Source of the DNA: an uncultured Oscillospiraceae bacterium
GTDB taxonomy: Bacteria > Bacillota > Clostridia > Acetivibrionales > DTU013
Direction: 5' to 3'
DNA length: 64,000 bases
Assembly: GCA_964587755.1 (NCBI GenBank)
Contig: CAZPMC010000001.1
Span: 53,127 to 117,126 of the forward strand
A program made the translations under genes and the position numbers. Of the stretch, positions 46,895 to 56,778 are shown piece by piece (positions within the stretch are counted from its first letter, which is position 1; every line of letters begins with the position of its first letter). Below the pieces are notes generated by a model. The model worked only from the letters and a program-made list of their open reading frames with translations, did not search any database and had not been told where the DNA came from.

Positions 46895-48130
46895 TTATTT
46901 TTCTTCATCGAATGTCAATTTAAGCTTTAATTCAGCGTTATCTCTTATAACTGTTACCCATACAACATCACCCGGCTTATGCTTTTTCTTGACTTTTTCG
47001 ATATCATCCATTGTTCTAATCCTTGACTCGTCCATTTCAACAAGTACATCTCTAACCTGAATACCTGCTTGTTCAGCACCGCTGCCAATGGTCACATCCG
47101 TAATAAATATACCCTGAGGTAAATTGTAGTAGCTTGAAAGTGATGCGCTTATCTCTCTGCCCGAGATTCCTATGAATGGTCTTCCTCTTACATATCCATA
47201 TTCAATTAGCTGCTCAATTACAGGTTTTGCATCATTTATCGGAATAGCAAATCCCAGACCCTCTACCCCTGAAGCTGATATTTTAGCAGAGTTTATCCCT
47301 ATAACCTGACCCCGCTTATTCAAAAGCGCACCGCCGCTGTTACCGCTATTTATAGCTGCATCTGTCTGGATTAGATTAAGTGTTTTATCCTCAAGAGTAA
47401 CTGTTCTGTTCAGCGCACTGATAACACCGACTGTAACAGAGCCGGCAAACTCCATTCCAAGAGGGTTTCCGATTGCCACTGCAAGCTCGCCCACCTCGAC
47501 CTCTGATGAATCTCCCAACTCTGCTACCGGTAAATCCTTCAACTCAATTTTTATTACTGCCAAGTCGGTTTTGCTGTCCCCTCCTATAAATGTGGCTTCT
47601 GCTTCTCTCCCATCCGGAAGAAATACCTGAAGCCGGGTATTTTTACTAAGTCCGGTTTTAGGGTCTGCGCTGGATACGACGTGATAATTAGTCATGATAT
47701 ATCCGTCTTTGCTTATAATAATACCTGAACCTTCACCCGCCCTGACACTTGAGCTTCCGAAATAACTGAACCTTTGGCCTGTTACAATCATTCTTATGCC
47801 AACAATTGCCGGCCCTGCCTTCTTTGCAATTTCAGTAACAGTATACTCCTGTACTGGGGTTTCTTTTACCGCGTTACTCCCTACTAAAGCATTGTCGCCG
47901 GTTTTAAGTGAGATAACCCCATCGGCGCCGCCCATTTCGCTTGCTTCATTTATGTTTTCTGTGATTGCAGCAGAATTTAAAGCCTGTGCCACAGCTTTTT
48001 CCATGTCATTGGAAAACTTAATATAAAGGGCGCTTCCGACCACGAAGCTGCTGATTAAAGAAGTCACAAGGATAATGGCTATGTAGCCGACAGCTTTTCT
48101 TTTTCTAAAATTATCATTTCTATTATCCAT
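46895..48130 (-). CDS. htrA: HtrA/DegP-type serine protease with PDZ domain
   Basis: 411 aa. N-terminal TM. Catalytic triad context TNYHVV, DLAVIKI, GNSGGALLN. C-terminal PDZ. Confidence 0.9.
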   Translation of the reverse strand: MDNRNDNFRKRKAVGYIAIILVTSLISSFVVGSALYIKFSNDMEKAVAQALNSAAITENINEASEMGGADGVISLKTGDNALVGSNAVKETPVQEYTVTEIAKKAGPAIVGIRMIVTGQRFSYFGSSSVRAGEGSGIIISKDGYIMTNYHVVSSADPKTGLSKNTRLQVFLPDGREAEATFIGGDSKTDLAVIKIELKDLPVAELGDSSEVEVGELAVAIGNPLGMEFAGSVTVGVISALNRTVTLEDKTLNLIQTDAAINSGNSGGALLNKRGQVIGINSAKISASGVEGLGFAIPINDAKPVIEQLIEYGYVRGRPFIGISGREISASLSSYYNLPQGIFITDVTIGSGAEQAGIQVRDVLVEMDESRIRTMDDIEKVKKKHKPGDVVWVTVIRDNAELKLKLTFDEEK

Positions 48131-48243
48131 GATAAGACCTCCTTTGTTAAAGCTTATATTATAATTTAATATGCACTTTAATAATACCCATTATTTATGA
48201 AAAAATATTGGATTAATTTTAAACAATTTGTTAAAAAAAAGGG

Positions 48244-48849
48244 CTATTTATCTACCAGAAGTGATTTTATCAGTGCGAAATACTCTCGTACATACATTTG
48301 AACAATTACCTGCACCGGTGTTTCGCAAGAAATTGCATGAGCCTTTAGGCCATTTCTGGAAGCCAATAATTTTGAGCGTAAAATATGAAATGAATTTGTA
48401 ATAAACGTTATTTCAGATACAGGCTTGCCTGAATTTTCTTCGATGACTTTTTTGCTGAACTTGAAATTTTCCATTGTACTGGTTGAGCGGTCCTCAAGCC
48501 ATATTCTGTTTTCATCTATCCCTCTTGATACAAGAAATCTTCTCATAGCCTCAGCTTCGGTTATTGTTTCATTGGGACCTTGCCCACCTGAAACAACAAC
48601 CTTTGCATCGGGGTATTTTTCAAGGTATTCTATTCCTGTCATAAGTCTGTTATAGAGCGCAAGGGAAACGGTGTCACCATTTAGTCCTGCCCCAAGAATC
48701 ACCAAATACTCCGTTTCCATATCTGAGGCTGCATTAGAGTATGCGACAAACAGCAGTTCAATTGCAACAAACTGAATTACAGCAGCTGTTAACAATACTG
48801 CTATTGCTCTTCTTAATTTAAGTTTCCTTCTACTTTTGAACTGTAACAT
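48244..48849 (-). CDS. DUF218 (YdcF/ElyC/SanA-like) membrane protein
   Basis: 201 aa. N-terminal TM. YLVILGAGLNGD..., VVVSGGQGPNETITEAEAM, TSTMENF. Confidence 0.75.
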   Translation of the reverse strand: MLQFKSRRKLKLRRAIAVLLTAAVIQFVAIELLFVAYSNAASDMETEYLVILGAGLNGDTVSLALYNRLMTGIEYLEKYPDAKVVVSGGQGPNETITEAEAMRRFLVSRGIDENRIWLEDRSTSTMENFKFSKKVIEENSGKPVSEITFITNSFHILRSKLLASRNGLKAHAISCETPVQVIVQMYVREYFALIKSLLVDK

Positions 48850-49354
48850 ATGTTCCCATTACATATCCTGTAGTTCCTCTGGAGGTTGTCACCTTGTACC
48901 AGTCACCGGTCTTCGATACCAGTGTCAATTTTTCATTTCTCAGAAGCTTGCCTAAGATAGCTGAATTAGTCGTTGGTTGCGCCCGAAGATTGAGAACAGC
49001 CACATTAACTACACCTTTACCAATGGTTGCCGGAGCTTCGGGCTTTGTTGGTGTGGTTCCGGCACCTGCGCTGCCTCCGTCCGGATTAACAGCCTTTAAC
49101 TGCTGTTGAAGTGTTTGAATAGTTTTCTCTGAGGTTGCAAGCCTATTTGTAAGCTGTGAGTTTTGATTTGCCAGAGATTCAATTTTAGACAGCAATTTTG
49201 CGATTTCAGCATCCACATAGCTTTTACTGACAATGGGGTCTTGAGCGGAGCCAGGTTCTGCATTGTTATTAACAGCCAGGACTATGTTCAATCCTACAGA
49301 CAATATAAGTAAAATAATTATTGCAACAGCCGTGACTTTTATACGATTTGACAT
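48830..49354 (-). CDS. Membrane-anchored coiled-coil / SH3b-domain protein
   Basis: 174 aa. TM, coiled segment, C-terminal VLNLRAQPTTNSAILGKLLRNEKLTLVSKTGDWYKVTTSRGTTGYV. Confidence 0.6.
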   Translation of the reverse strand: MSNRIKVTAVAIIILLILSVGLNIVLAVNNNAEPGSAQDPIVSKSYVDAEIAKLLSKIESLANQNSQLTNRLATSEKTIQTLQQQLKAVNPDGGSAGAGTTPTKPEAPATIGKGVVNVAVLNLRAQPTTNSAILGKLLRNEKLTLVSKTGDWYKVTTSRGTTGYVMGTYVTVQK

Positions 49355-49470
49355 TTCGCACCTCCTGCTTTTCTTTTGTTTATTTTCATATAGCTATTCA
49401 TCTTATATTATAAACCATACTTTACCTTCTTTGGTTACAAAGAGCTTAAATTTTTATGACAAAAAGGCCG

Positions 49471-50009
49471 TTACATAAGAAGCTTTGTAATCAGCTTCCA
49501 TTGCTTAAGTTTCTTTTCAAATCCAATTCTGTAGGCAGGACTTGTGGACGCAAGAACATAAAAATCCCTTCCGGCGTCACTTTGAACAGTTTTTGCAATA
49601 AACCTCTGGTAAAATTTGCGAGCGTTTCCACCGTTAAAAAATACGCTTTTAATATTAGGGTACGTCTTAAAAAGCCAGCCCAAATCATTGGGCACAGGGT
49701 TTTTAATATTACTGTCGCTTGAGCCCTCTCTTTCGCATTTCAGAATAACATCCCACAGAGCAATTTTTTCTCTAGAAGAAATCTCTCTCTTCTTTCGTAA
49801 TCTTTGTCCGGTTCCTGTTTAAAAAGTGCATATATGATTTTCCAAAAGGCATTGCGTCCATGTCCATAATACTGCTGCTTCCTGAGAGATTCCACACCTG
49901 GCATGGTTCCTAAAATAAGCACCTTGCAATTTTCATTTATTATTGGTGGGAATGAAAATATCAGCTGCCCTTCTCCATCTCTTCCGCAATTGCTTTTATT
50001 ATGTTCCAT
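49471..50009 (-). pseudogene. DNA-deoxyinosine (hypoxanthine) glycosylase, UDG superfamily, interrupted by a -1 frameshift in an A6 run
   Basis: Track ORFs 49740..50009 (…FSFPPIINENCKVLILGTMPGVESLRKQQYYGHGRNAFWKII…FLLEKK) and 49471..49695. The second frame read upstream gives IALWDVILKCEREGSSDSNIKNPVPNDLGW. One extra A in the run at 49764-49769 would fuse them. Confidence 0.65.
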
Positions 50010-50563
50010 ATCTCTTCCTTTCCCAGCTTCGTTTCGGATGAATAAGGGATAACAGGAGCACCCTCATAAACTCCAAGCACATTAATAATATCTTTTAATC
50101 TTGGCTTGATTTGACCTCTGGATATCTTATCTGCCTTTGTTGCAACAATAATATGTGGCATTCCATGTTCAATGATCCAGTTGTACATAACCTTGTCATC
50201 TTCACTCGGAGCGTGTCTTATGTCAACCAGCATGACAATTAATTTCAGTTGCGGCCGCAAGTTTAAGTAATTATTAATAAAGTTGCCCCACTCACTCTTT
50301 TGACTTTTAGAAGTCTTTGCATAGCCATACCCCGGCAAATCCACAAGATAAAGCTTATCATCAATATTATAAAAGTTGAGCCCTCTTGTCTTTCCTGGTG
50401 AAGATGAAACTCTTGCAAGATTCCTTCTGTTTAGCAGTGTATTGATAATTGTAGACTTGCCTACATTTGATCTGCCTACCAGTGCTATTTCCGGCTTATT
50501 ACCCTCCGGGTACTGGGAAGGCTTAACAGCGGTTAATTCATATCTTGCATTATTAGTATCCAC
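49961..50563 (-). CDS. engB: Ribosome biogenesis GTPase EngB/YsxC
   Basis: 200 aa, GTG start. GRSNVGKSTIIN, DLPGYGYA, ATKADK. Confidence 0.95.
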   Translation of the reverse strand: MDTNNARYELTAVKPSQYPEGNKPEIALVGRSNVGKSTIINTLLNRRNLARVSSSPGKTRGLNFYNIDDKLYLVDLPGYGYAKTSKSQKSEWGNFINNYLNLRPQLKLIVMLVDIRHAPSEDDKVMYNWIIEHGMPHIIVATKADKISRGQIKPRLKDIINVLGVYEGAPVIPYSSETKLGKEEIWNIIKAIAEEMEKGS

Positions 50564-51560
50564 GATTAATACTCCTCATTTTCTTATCTTTTGTCCATAC
50601 ATATATTATACTAGTAAATGCTGTTTTAGACCAGCGTTCATGCCTATTTCTGTTTAGCTTTGCCCTTACCGTTCTCGGAATTTTTATTATTCCAGCCTTT
50701 TTTGTAATTTCCAGCATGACAGCCACAAGAATCAAAAGGCTTCCGATAAAAGTATTTACACCCGACATCCTTTCACCAATAATAATATATGCAAGGACTG
50801 CTGCTGCTACAGGCTCTATTGTGTAGATTATTGCCGCCTTTTCGGCGCTGACATATTTAATTGCATTTGACTGTATTAGTATTGTCGATACCGATATTAA
50901 AATGCTAAGTCCCAAAATCCCAATTACTGGTATGTCAATTCCATTACCTCCTGAACCACCAAATTCAAAAGCAAGCATCATTGTAAAAAAAACAACAGTA
51001 CTTGAGGCATGCTGTATGAAGGTAAATTGCACAGGATTGGTTTCGCCCGCATAAATTCGCAGAGCAACTAAATACAGTGAAAAAAATAATGCATTCACCA
51101 GTGCAAAGAAATCCCCTATATTAAACTGAAAGCTGCTAAAATCAAAAGTCAGCAGCAATACTCCGGCTAATGCGGTCAAAGCGCTTATTATTGTCATTTT
51201 GCGTGGCATTATCCTCTTTACGGCTGACATAATCAAAGGTGTCATAATCACAGACATTTGAACTATAAAGGCTGTGTTCGAACTGGATGTAGCCGAAAGA
51301 GACAGCATGCAAAAAACATTACTAAGTATCGAAAGCCCTCCTATTGTAACTCCTAACACAACGGTCTTTTTTCTGATAGCCTTAATCTGTTTGATAAAAA
51401 TTATTGAAAGCATTATAAGTCCTCCTATTGAATAGAAGAACAGAATTGTAAAATAAGGCAAAGCGCTAAGAAGCATTTTTGACCATATGTAGGAGGAGCC
51501 CCATAAAACAGCGTTTCCCACAGTAAAAGCTAATGCATTTTTTTCATTAATTATATTCAT
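50553..51560 (-). CDS. EamA/DMT family transporter
   Basis: 335 aa, 10 TM-like segments in two EamA halves. The basic C-terminal tail overlaps the engB start by 11 nt. Confidence 0.8.
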   Translation of the reverse strand: MNIINEKNALAFTVGNAVLWGSSYIWSKMLLSALPYFTILFFYSIGGLIMLSIIFIKQIKAIRKKTVVLGVTIGGLSILSNVFCMLSLSATSSSNTAFIVQMSVIMTPLIMSAVKRIMPRKMTIISALTALAGVLLLTFDFSSFQFNIGDFFALVNALFFSLYLVALRIYAGETNPVQFTFIQHASSTVVFFTMMLAFEFGGSGGNGIDIPVIGILGLSILISVSTILIQSNAIKYVSAEKAAIIYTIEPVAAAVLAYIIIGERMSGVNTFIGSLLILVAVMLEITKKAGIIKIPRTVRAKLNRNRHERWSKTAFTSIIYVWTKDKKMRSINRGY

Positions 51561-51728
51561 TTAGTTTGACCTCCTTTCTGTCTCCGATATCAATCATCCT
51601 TGGTATATTCTATTCGCACTTTTTGCAGTGTTTAGTGCGAAACATGCCCGGATTATTGCATAAAATGCCCTTTTAAAAGTACTTTGGCGCTGGAAATGCG
51701 CATATTCTTATTTAGGAGGTTGGTCAAA

Positions 51729-52613
51729 TTGAATAACTATGAGCTCACTGAGCAAAAAAGAGGTTACTTAAAAGGAGATTTTGCTTTTTTTCATCTGAAA
51801 GACATGAAAGATATGCAGTTTGAATACCACTATCATGATTTTAATAAGATTATAATATTTATTTCGGGAAGCGTTACTTATCTGATTGAGGGAAAAGCAT
51901 ACAGACTCAAGCCTTGGGATATATTATTTGTAAGCAGCAGTGAGCTGCATAAGCCTGTTATAGACTCATCTTCCTTATATGAAAGAGTTGTTATATGGGT
52001 TAACCCGGGCTTTTTACACAAGCACAGCTATGATTCAAACCTTATAACATGCTTTAACCTTGCCCGTGAGAGAAAAAATAATCTGCTGCGGGTTGACACA
52101 ACATCAATTAATGACATAAAGCATTTAGTATGTGCGCTAGAAGAAGCATTCAAAAGCAGTGGTTTTGGCAGTACTATTCTAAGAAACTCAGTTTTCATTC
52201 AGCTTCTGGTCATCTTGACAAGAAAGCTTATTGGTATCAGTACTGTTAACCTCACATGTGATATTATTGCAGACGATGGTATTCAAAAACTTCTGGACTA
52301 TATTAATTCTAATATTAATGAAAATCTGTCTGTTGAAGCACTTGCCTCCAAATTCTTCTTAAGCAAATATCATCTTATGCGTAAGTTTAAGAAGAACACA
52401 GGATATTCCGTCTACAGCTATATACTGCAAAAGCGCCTCCTTAAGGCGGATATGCTCATCAGACAAGGAGTACCTGCAACCCAGGCCTGTGAACAAAGCG
52501 GTTTTAATGATTATTCAAGCTTCTACAGAGCTTATAAAAAAATGTTCGGAGTATCCCCGAAAATGAGAGCAGCCAGCGAAAACAGTTCTTACATAAACAA
52601 TCAACATGTTTAG
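51729..52613 (+). CDS. AraC-family transcriptional regulator (cupin sensor plus HTH)
   Basis: ORF 51684..52613. TTG 51729 follows RBS AGGAGG. HYHDFNKIIIF (cupin). C-terminal LSKYHLMRKFKKNTGYSVYSYILQKRL...GFNDYSSFYRAYKKMFGVSP. Confidence 0.9.
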   Translation: MNNYELTEQKRGYLKGDFAFFHLKDMKDMQFEYHYHDFNKIIIFISGSVTYLIEGKAYRLKPWDILFVSSSELHKPVIDSSSLYERVVIWVNPGFLHKHSYDSNLITCFNLARERKNNLLRVDTTSINDIKHLVCALEEAFKSSGFGSTILRNSVFIQLLVILTRKLIGISTVNLTCDIIADDGIQKLLDYINSNINENLSVEALASKFFLSKYHLMRKFKKNTGYSVYSYILQKRLLKADMLIRQGVPATQACEQSGFNDYSSFYRAYKKMFGVSPKMRAASENSSYINNQHV

Positions 52614-53569
52614 TCAGCAAACCTCATCAGTTGGTCCTTATTAAACGTCCATTCAGGGGTAACAAGGCTCTCGCCAAAATCCAAGCTGTACCACGGATTC
52701 CCTTCATTATTTGCGGGGTTCTTGAGTATGTGCATATCCTGGGCAGGCATATAGCCTTGTGCCAATATAAAAAGCTTTTCACCGGTCTGTGTATTTTCAG
52801 CCATATCCATCACTATTGCACAATGCCCTGGGGTATTTCCATACATAAATACATCACCAGGCTGCATTTGGCTTAACTCTATACTCTTCATTTCCAGTGA
52901 CAGGGATAATGTCCCTGCATACGCAAAAACCAAGTCAAGATATTTCCTAAAGCTTTCATAGTTTTTTGAGTTGTCGTTATTTCTTACCCAGCTTACATCA
53001 TTCCCCGCAACCTTAATGCCATAACCATTAATCCATTTGGAAAAATCCGCGTTAAATCCGTTTGTAAAGTTAAAGTGGATTTTATCATAAAGGCCCTTTT
53101 CATAGAGATATTCTGCCCTAAGCCTAATAACTGAATCAGCGCATTGCTGCAAATCTCTTTTCCCAATATCTATGTCCAAAACCGCCTCATGAACTTTCAA
53201 CGGCTTTACATCCCCGGTGTAATACAAAACATCCGAGCCATGGGGCTTCAATTCAATGCCTCTCAGATATTCCCCGAAGCTTCCCTCTGGGACTGTGACA
53301 CGCGTAAAACTGCCGGGGACAATTATTCTCTCTTGAACTGTTTGACCGCTTTCATTTATGAAATATAAATCCTCCTGTCTCCCCTGTTCCACTGGTTTAA
53401 CCTCTGTTGAGCGGCTACTTGCCTTATCCTTGTGTATAGAAGCCACATCTGGCTCAACAGGTTTATTCGAAGTCAGGTCAGTTGATGTCTTTTCATTTCT
53501 ATTGCTTATATATAGACCAAAGATGATAAAAATAATCAGCAGCACAGGAATAAGAAATTTTCTTTTCAT
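52610..53569 (-). CDS. Hypothetical membrane-anchored protein (resembles DUF4846 by recollection)
   Basis: 319 aa. N-terminal TM. PGDVFMYGNTPGHCAIVMDMA...FILAQGYMPAQDMHILKNP. Confidence 0.45.
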   Translation of the reverse strand: MKRKFLIPVLLIIFIIFGLYISNRNEKTSTDLTSNKPVEPDVASIHKDKASSRSTEVKPVEQGRQEDLYFINESGQTVQERIIVPGSFTRVTVPEGSFGEYLRGIELKPHGSDVLYYTGDVKPLKVHEAVLDIDIGKRDLQQCADSVIRLRAEYLYEKGLYDKIHFNFTNGFNADFSKWINGYGIKVAGNDVSWVRNNDNSKNYESFRKYLDLVFAYAGTLSLSLEMKSIELSQMQPGDVFMYGNTPGHCAIVMDMAENTQTGEKLFILAQGYMPAQDMHILKNPANNEGNPWYSLDFGESLVTPEWTFNKDQLMRFAD

Positions 53570-53670
53570 AAAAATACACCAATCCTCTCTTAAAACAGTT
53601 CATAAATAATTGTACATTTGTTATAATAACAATAACATATCAAAAAATATTTGCGAAAGGTAGATTGAAT

Positions 53671-53862
53671 ATGAAAGCTTTTATTGACAGAGACGGTTGT
53701 ATCAGCTGTGGGCTTTGTGCTGAAGTATGCCCGGAGGTATTTCGTATGGCAGATGATGACTTGGCAGAGGTATATGTGGACGAGGTTCCTGAAGAAGCTG
53801 AGGATACAGCCATAGAAGCACAAGAAGGTTGTCCTGTCAGCGTAATAACAGTAGAAGAATAA
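53671..53862 (+). CDS. Small ferredoxin (single [3Fe-4S]/[4Fe-4S] type)
   Basis: ORF 53665..53862. MKAFIDRDGCISCGLCAEVCPEVF...EGCPVSVI. Confidence 0.8.
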   Translation: MKAFIDRDGCISCGLCAEVCPEVFRMADDDLAEVYVDEVPEEAEDTAIEAQEGCPVSVITVEE

Positions 53863-53936
53863 TCAGCTAAATAATATTCGCACAAAATTATTAAAAAGCT
53901 GCCGCACCGCCGGTAGCTTTTTAAAGGAGGATTTAT

Positions 53937-54515
53937 TTGAAAAAGGATATACGGTTTTATTGGACTTTATTTTTATCAACATTCACATTAAGTGCATTCA
54001 CATTTGGCGGCGGATATGTTATCGTACCCTTGATGCAAAAGAAATTCGTAGAGAAATTAAAATGGATTGAAGAGGATGAAATGCTTGACCTGGTAGCTAT
54101 CGGTCAGTCAGCTCCGGGTCCCATAGCCATAAACACTTCGATATTGCTTGGATATAAGATGGCTGGGATTAAAGGTGCATTCATTACAGTATTCGGAACA
54201 ATACTTCCGCCTCTTATAATTATTACTGTCATATCATATTTTTACATAGCATTTCGTGACAATAAGATTGTAAATGCGTTGCTAATGGGCATGCAGGCTG
54301 CCATTGCCGCTGTTATTATTGATGTGGTCATAGGAATGGCATCAAAAATAATAAAGAACAAAAAGGTTCTTCCCATTGTAGTAATGGTTCTTTCATTTAT
54401 TGCTGCCTCCTTTTTTGACATAAACATTATCATCATCCTTCTTATTTGTGCTGTCATTGGCGCTTATACTACTATTCAGCCAAATAAGAATCCTAAGGAG
54501 GCGAAAGAGGAATGA
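53937..54515 (+). CDS. Short-chain chromate transporter (CHR) family protein, first of a pair
   Basis: 192 aa. FTFGGGYVIVPLMQ...GQSAPGPIAINTS. TTG start follows RBS AAAGGAGG. Confidence 0.85.
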   Translation: MKKDIRFYWTLFLSTFTLSAFTFGGGYVIVPLMQKKFVEKLKWIEEDEMLDLVAIGQSAPGPIAINTSILLGYKMAGIKGAFITVFGTILPPLIIITVISYFYIAFRDNKIVNALLMGMQAAIAAVIIDVVIGMASKIIKNKKVLPIVVMVLSFIAASFFDINIIIILLICAVIGAYTTIQPNKNPKEAKEE

Positions 54516-55078
54516 TTCTTTGGAAACTCTTTTGGAGCTTCTTTCAGGTCGGATTATTTACCTTTGGTGGCGGATATGCCTCACTTCCACTTATTCAGGA
54601 GCAGGTTCTGGAGAAAAACCTCTGGCTTACTCAAGCGGAATTTATCGACATTTTGACCATATCCCAAATGACACCTGGTCCCATAGCTATCAATGCTTCT
54701 ACCTTTGTGGGTACTAAGGTTGCAGGAATACCGGGAGCAATTATAGCCACTGTAGGATGCGTGACGCCTTCGTGTATTATCGTATTGATATTAGCTACCC
54801 TTTACTACAAATTTAAAGGCTTTTCACTGATAGAGGGAATAATTAAAGGCCTCCGCCCCGCTGTTGTGGCTCTCATAGCGTCGGCTGCCTTCTCAATTTT
54901 ATTGACAGCCCTATTCGCAAGCGATTCCTTTCCTATTACATTTTCAAATATTAATTGGGTAGCTTTATGCTTGATGCTAGCCAGCCTGTTTCTATTAAAA
55001 AAATTCAAGCTCAATCCCATTCATGTAATGCTCCTATCCGGAGTTGCAGGGGTAATTATATACGGATTTGTCTTATAG
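54512..55078 (+). CDS. Short-chain chromate transporter (CHR) family protein, second of a pair
   Basis: 188 aa. FTFGGGYASLPLIQ...SQMTPGPIAINAS. ATGA overlap with the first. Confidence 0.85.
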   Translation: MILWKLFWSFFQVGLFTFGGGYASLPLIQEQVLEKNLWLTQAEFIDILTISQMTPGPIAINASTFVGTKVAGIPGAIIATVGCVTPSCIIVLILATLYYKFKGFSLIEGIIKGLRPAVVALIASAAFSILLTALFASDSFPITFSNINWVALCLMLASLFLLKKFKLNPIHVMLLSGVAGVIIYGFVL

Positions 55079-55326
55079 CATGTGCCGCCCTGCATATAAA
55101 AGGGCCGTCCAAATAGCACCAGTCTTTTGGACAGCCCCACTTACACGTAAAGAACAAATCGATCCGCTTCGCAAGAATACATATTTCAGTATCCGGCTTA
55201 GCTTTGCCACTTACATAGATGCATATAAAGCACATATATTAGTGTGGGCAGGACCGCTAAGTTCCTTACAGTATTAATATATCCAAGCAAAAGTTTTTAA
55301 TACATTGTTTTAGTAAAACATTTTAG

Positions 55327-56778
55327 CTAAATATTTACTTTCTTCCAAAATGCTGGGACAAAAATCATAAGAACAGGGAAAATTTCCAGTCTTCCAACAA
55401 TCATACAAAAAGTGCACACAATCTTGCTGAAAGCAGAAAAATCTGCAAAGCTTCCTGGAGGTCCCACCAACTCAAAACCAGGGCCCACATTATTTATAGA
55501 TGCTGCAACTGCCGTAAAGGTACTCACAAGATCCTTTCCGTCCAATGACACCACAAGCACAGAAGCGACAAATATGGCAATATAAGCAAAAAAGAAGGAC
55601 AATATTGTTGATAATTTATTCTCATCAAGAGATTTACCGTCTATTTTTACTGTGTAAACAGACCTGGGATGAATTATTTTCAAAATCTCTCTTTTGGCAA
55701 TCTTTAAAAGAACCAAAATGCGTATGCATTTGATACCACCACCTGTTGAGCCGGCACTTGCACCTATAAACATAAGCAATACCAAAACAACCTTGCTGAA
55801 TGTAGGCCACAAATTAAAGTCCGTAGTTGAATATCCTGTAGTGGTTATAATTGAGCTGACCTGAAATGATGCATGCCGCAATGACTCTCCAAAAGTGTTA
55901 TATATATGACCTCGGAGACTGAATGCTATCGCCAAAATTGCTAACAGCACCACTCCCAGAAAAAACCGGAACTCATTATTGCGGAAAAAAGCCTTGGTAT
56001 TTCCTTTTAAAGCCTGATAATACAGTGCGAAATTAATACCAAACAAAAGCATGAAAACCATGATAATAACTTCTGCATAAATATTGTTATAAGCCCCCAC
56101 ACTAATATTTCTGCTGGAAAACCCACCTGTGCCTGCTGTGCCAAGAGCATGTATCAGCGAGTCATATAGCGGCATCCCGGCGAGTATCAAGAATGCAACA
56201 AGAATAACTGTCATAACAATATATATTGCATATAAAATCTTTGATGATCTGCCGATTTTGGGAACCAACTTTTCCGGGTCCGGTCCCGGGCTTTCTGCCC
56301 TCAAGATATGTACATTGTCTGCCTTCGTGTACGGTAATACGGCTAGGGTCAGAACAAGCACACCCATTCCCCCTATGAAATGGGTAAAGCTTCTCCAGAA
56401 AAGAATACCCCTTGGAAGATTTTCCACCTGAGTTAATATGGTGGAGCCCGTCGTTGTGAAGCCTGACACTGATTCAAATATTGCATCAATGAAGGAGGGT
56501 ATGGCACCGCTGAATATAAAGGGTAATGCGCCGAAGAAAGACACAATCATCCATCCGAAGGATACAATTGCAAAACCATCTCTTGCATATATGCTCTTAG
56601 TCACAGGTTTAATCATATTCAGAGCAAGGCCGGCTATACAAAGTATAAGAATTGTTTTGATAAATGCAGAAGCGTCCCCCTGTCCGTATATCAAAGATAC
56701 AAGTAATGAAGGCAGCATGAAGCATGCTTCGATAAATAATACGCTTCCTATGCTCTTGAAGATCATTCTAAAATTCAT
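55327..56778 (-). CDS. trkH: TrkH-type potassium uptake membrane subunit
   Basis: 483 aa. Repeated pore-loop motifs (SGFTTTGST, GTAGTGGFS, TTTGYST, GSTGGGIK). Confidence 0.9.
   Translation of the reverse strand: MNFRMIFKSIGSVLFIEACFMLPSLLVSLIYGQGDASAFIKTILILCIAGLALNMIKPVTKSIYARDGFAIVSFGWMIVSFFGALPFIFSGAIPSFIDAIFESVSGFTTTGSTILTQVENLPRGILFWRSFTHFIGGMGVLVLTLAVLPYTKADNVHILRAESPGPDPEKLVPKIGRSSKILYAIYIVMTVILVAFLILAGMPLYDSLIHALGTAGTGGFSSRNISVGAYNNIYAEVIIMVFMLLFGINFALYYQALKGNTKAFFRNNEFRFFLGVVLLAILAIAFSLRGHIYNTFGESLRHASFQVSSIITTTGYSTTDFNLWPTFSKVVLVLLMFIGASAGSTGGGIKCIRILVLLKIAKREILKIIHPRSVYTVKIDGKSLDENKLSTILSFFFAYIAIFVASVLVVSLDGKDLVSTFTAVAASINNVGPGFELVGPPGSFADFSAFSKIVCTFCMIVGRLEIFPVLMIFVPAFWKKVNI

Noticed and set aside
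55079-55326. 248-bp spacer between the ChrA pair and trkH, with a 10/11-bp hairpin (55103-55137), a CCACTTACA duplication, and ORF 55068..55277
   Set aside because: The hairpin lacks a convincing U-tract on the plus strand and lies ~190 nt from the trkH stop on the minus strand. The ORF has no RBS or family resemblance. The evidence is too weak to call an sRNA or pseudogene.
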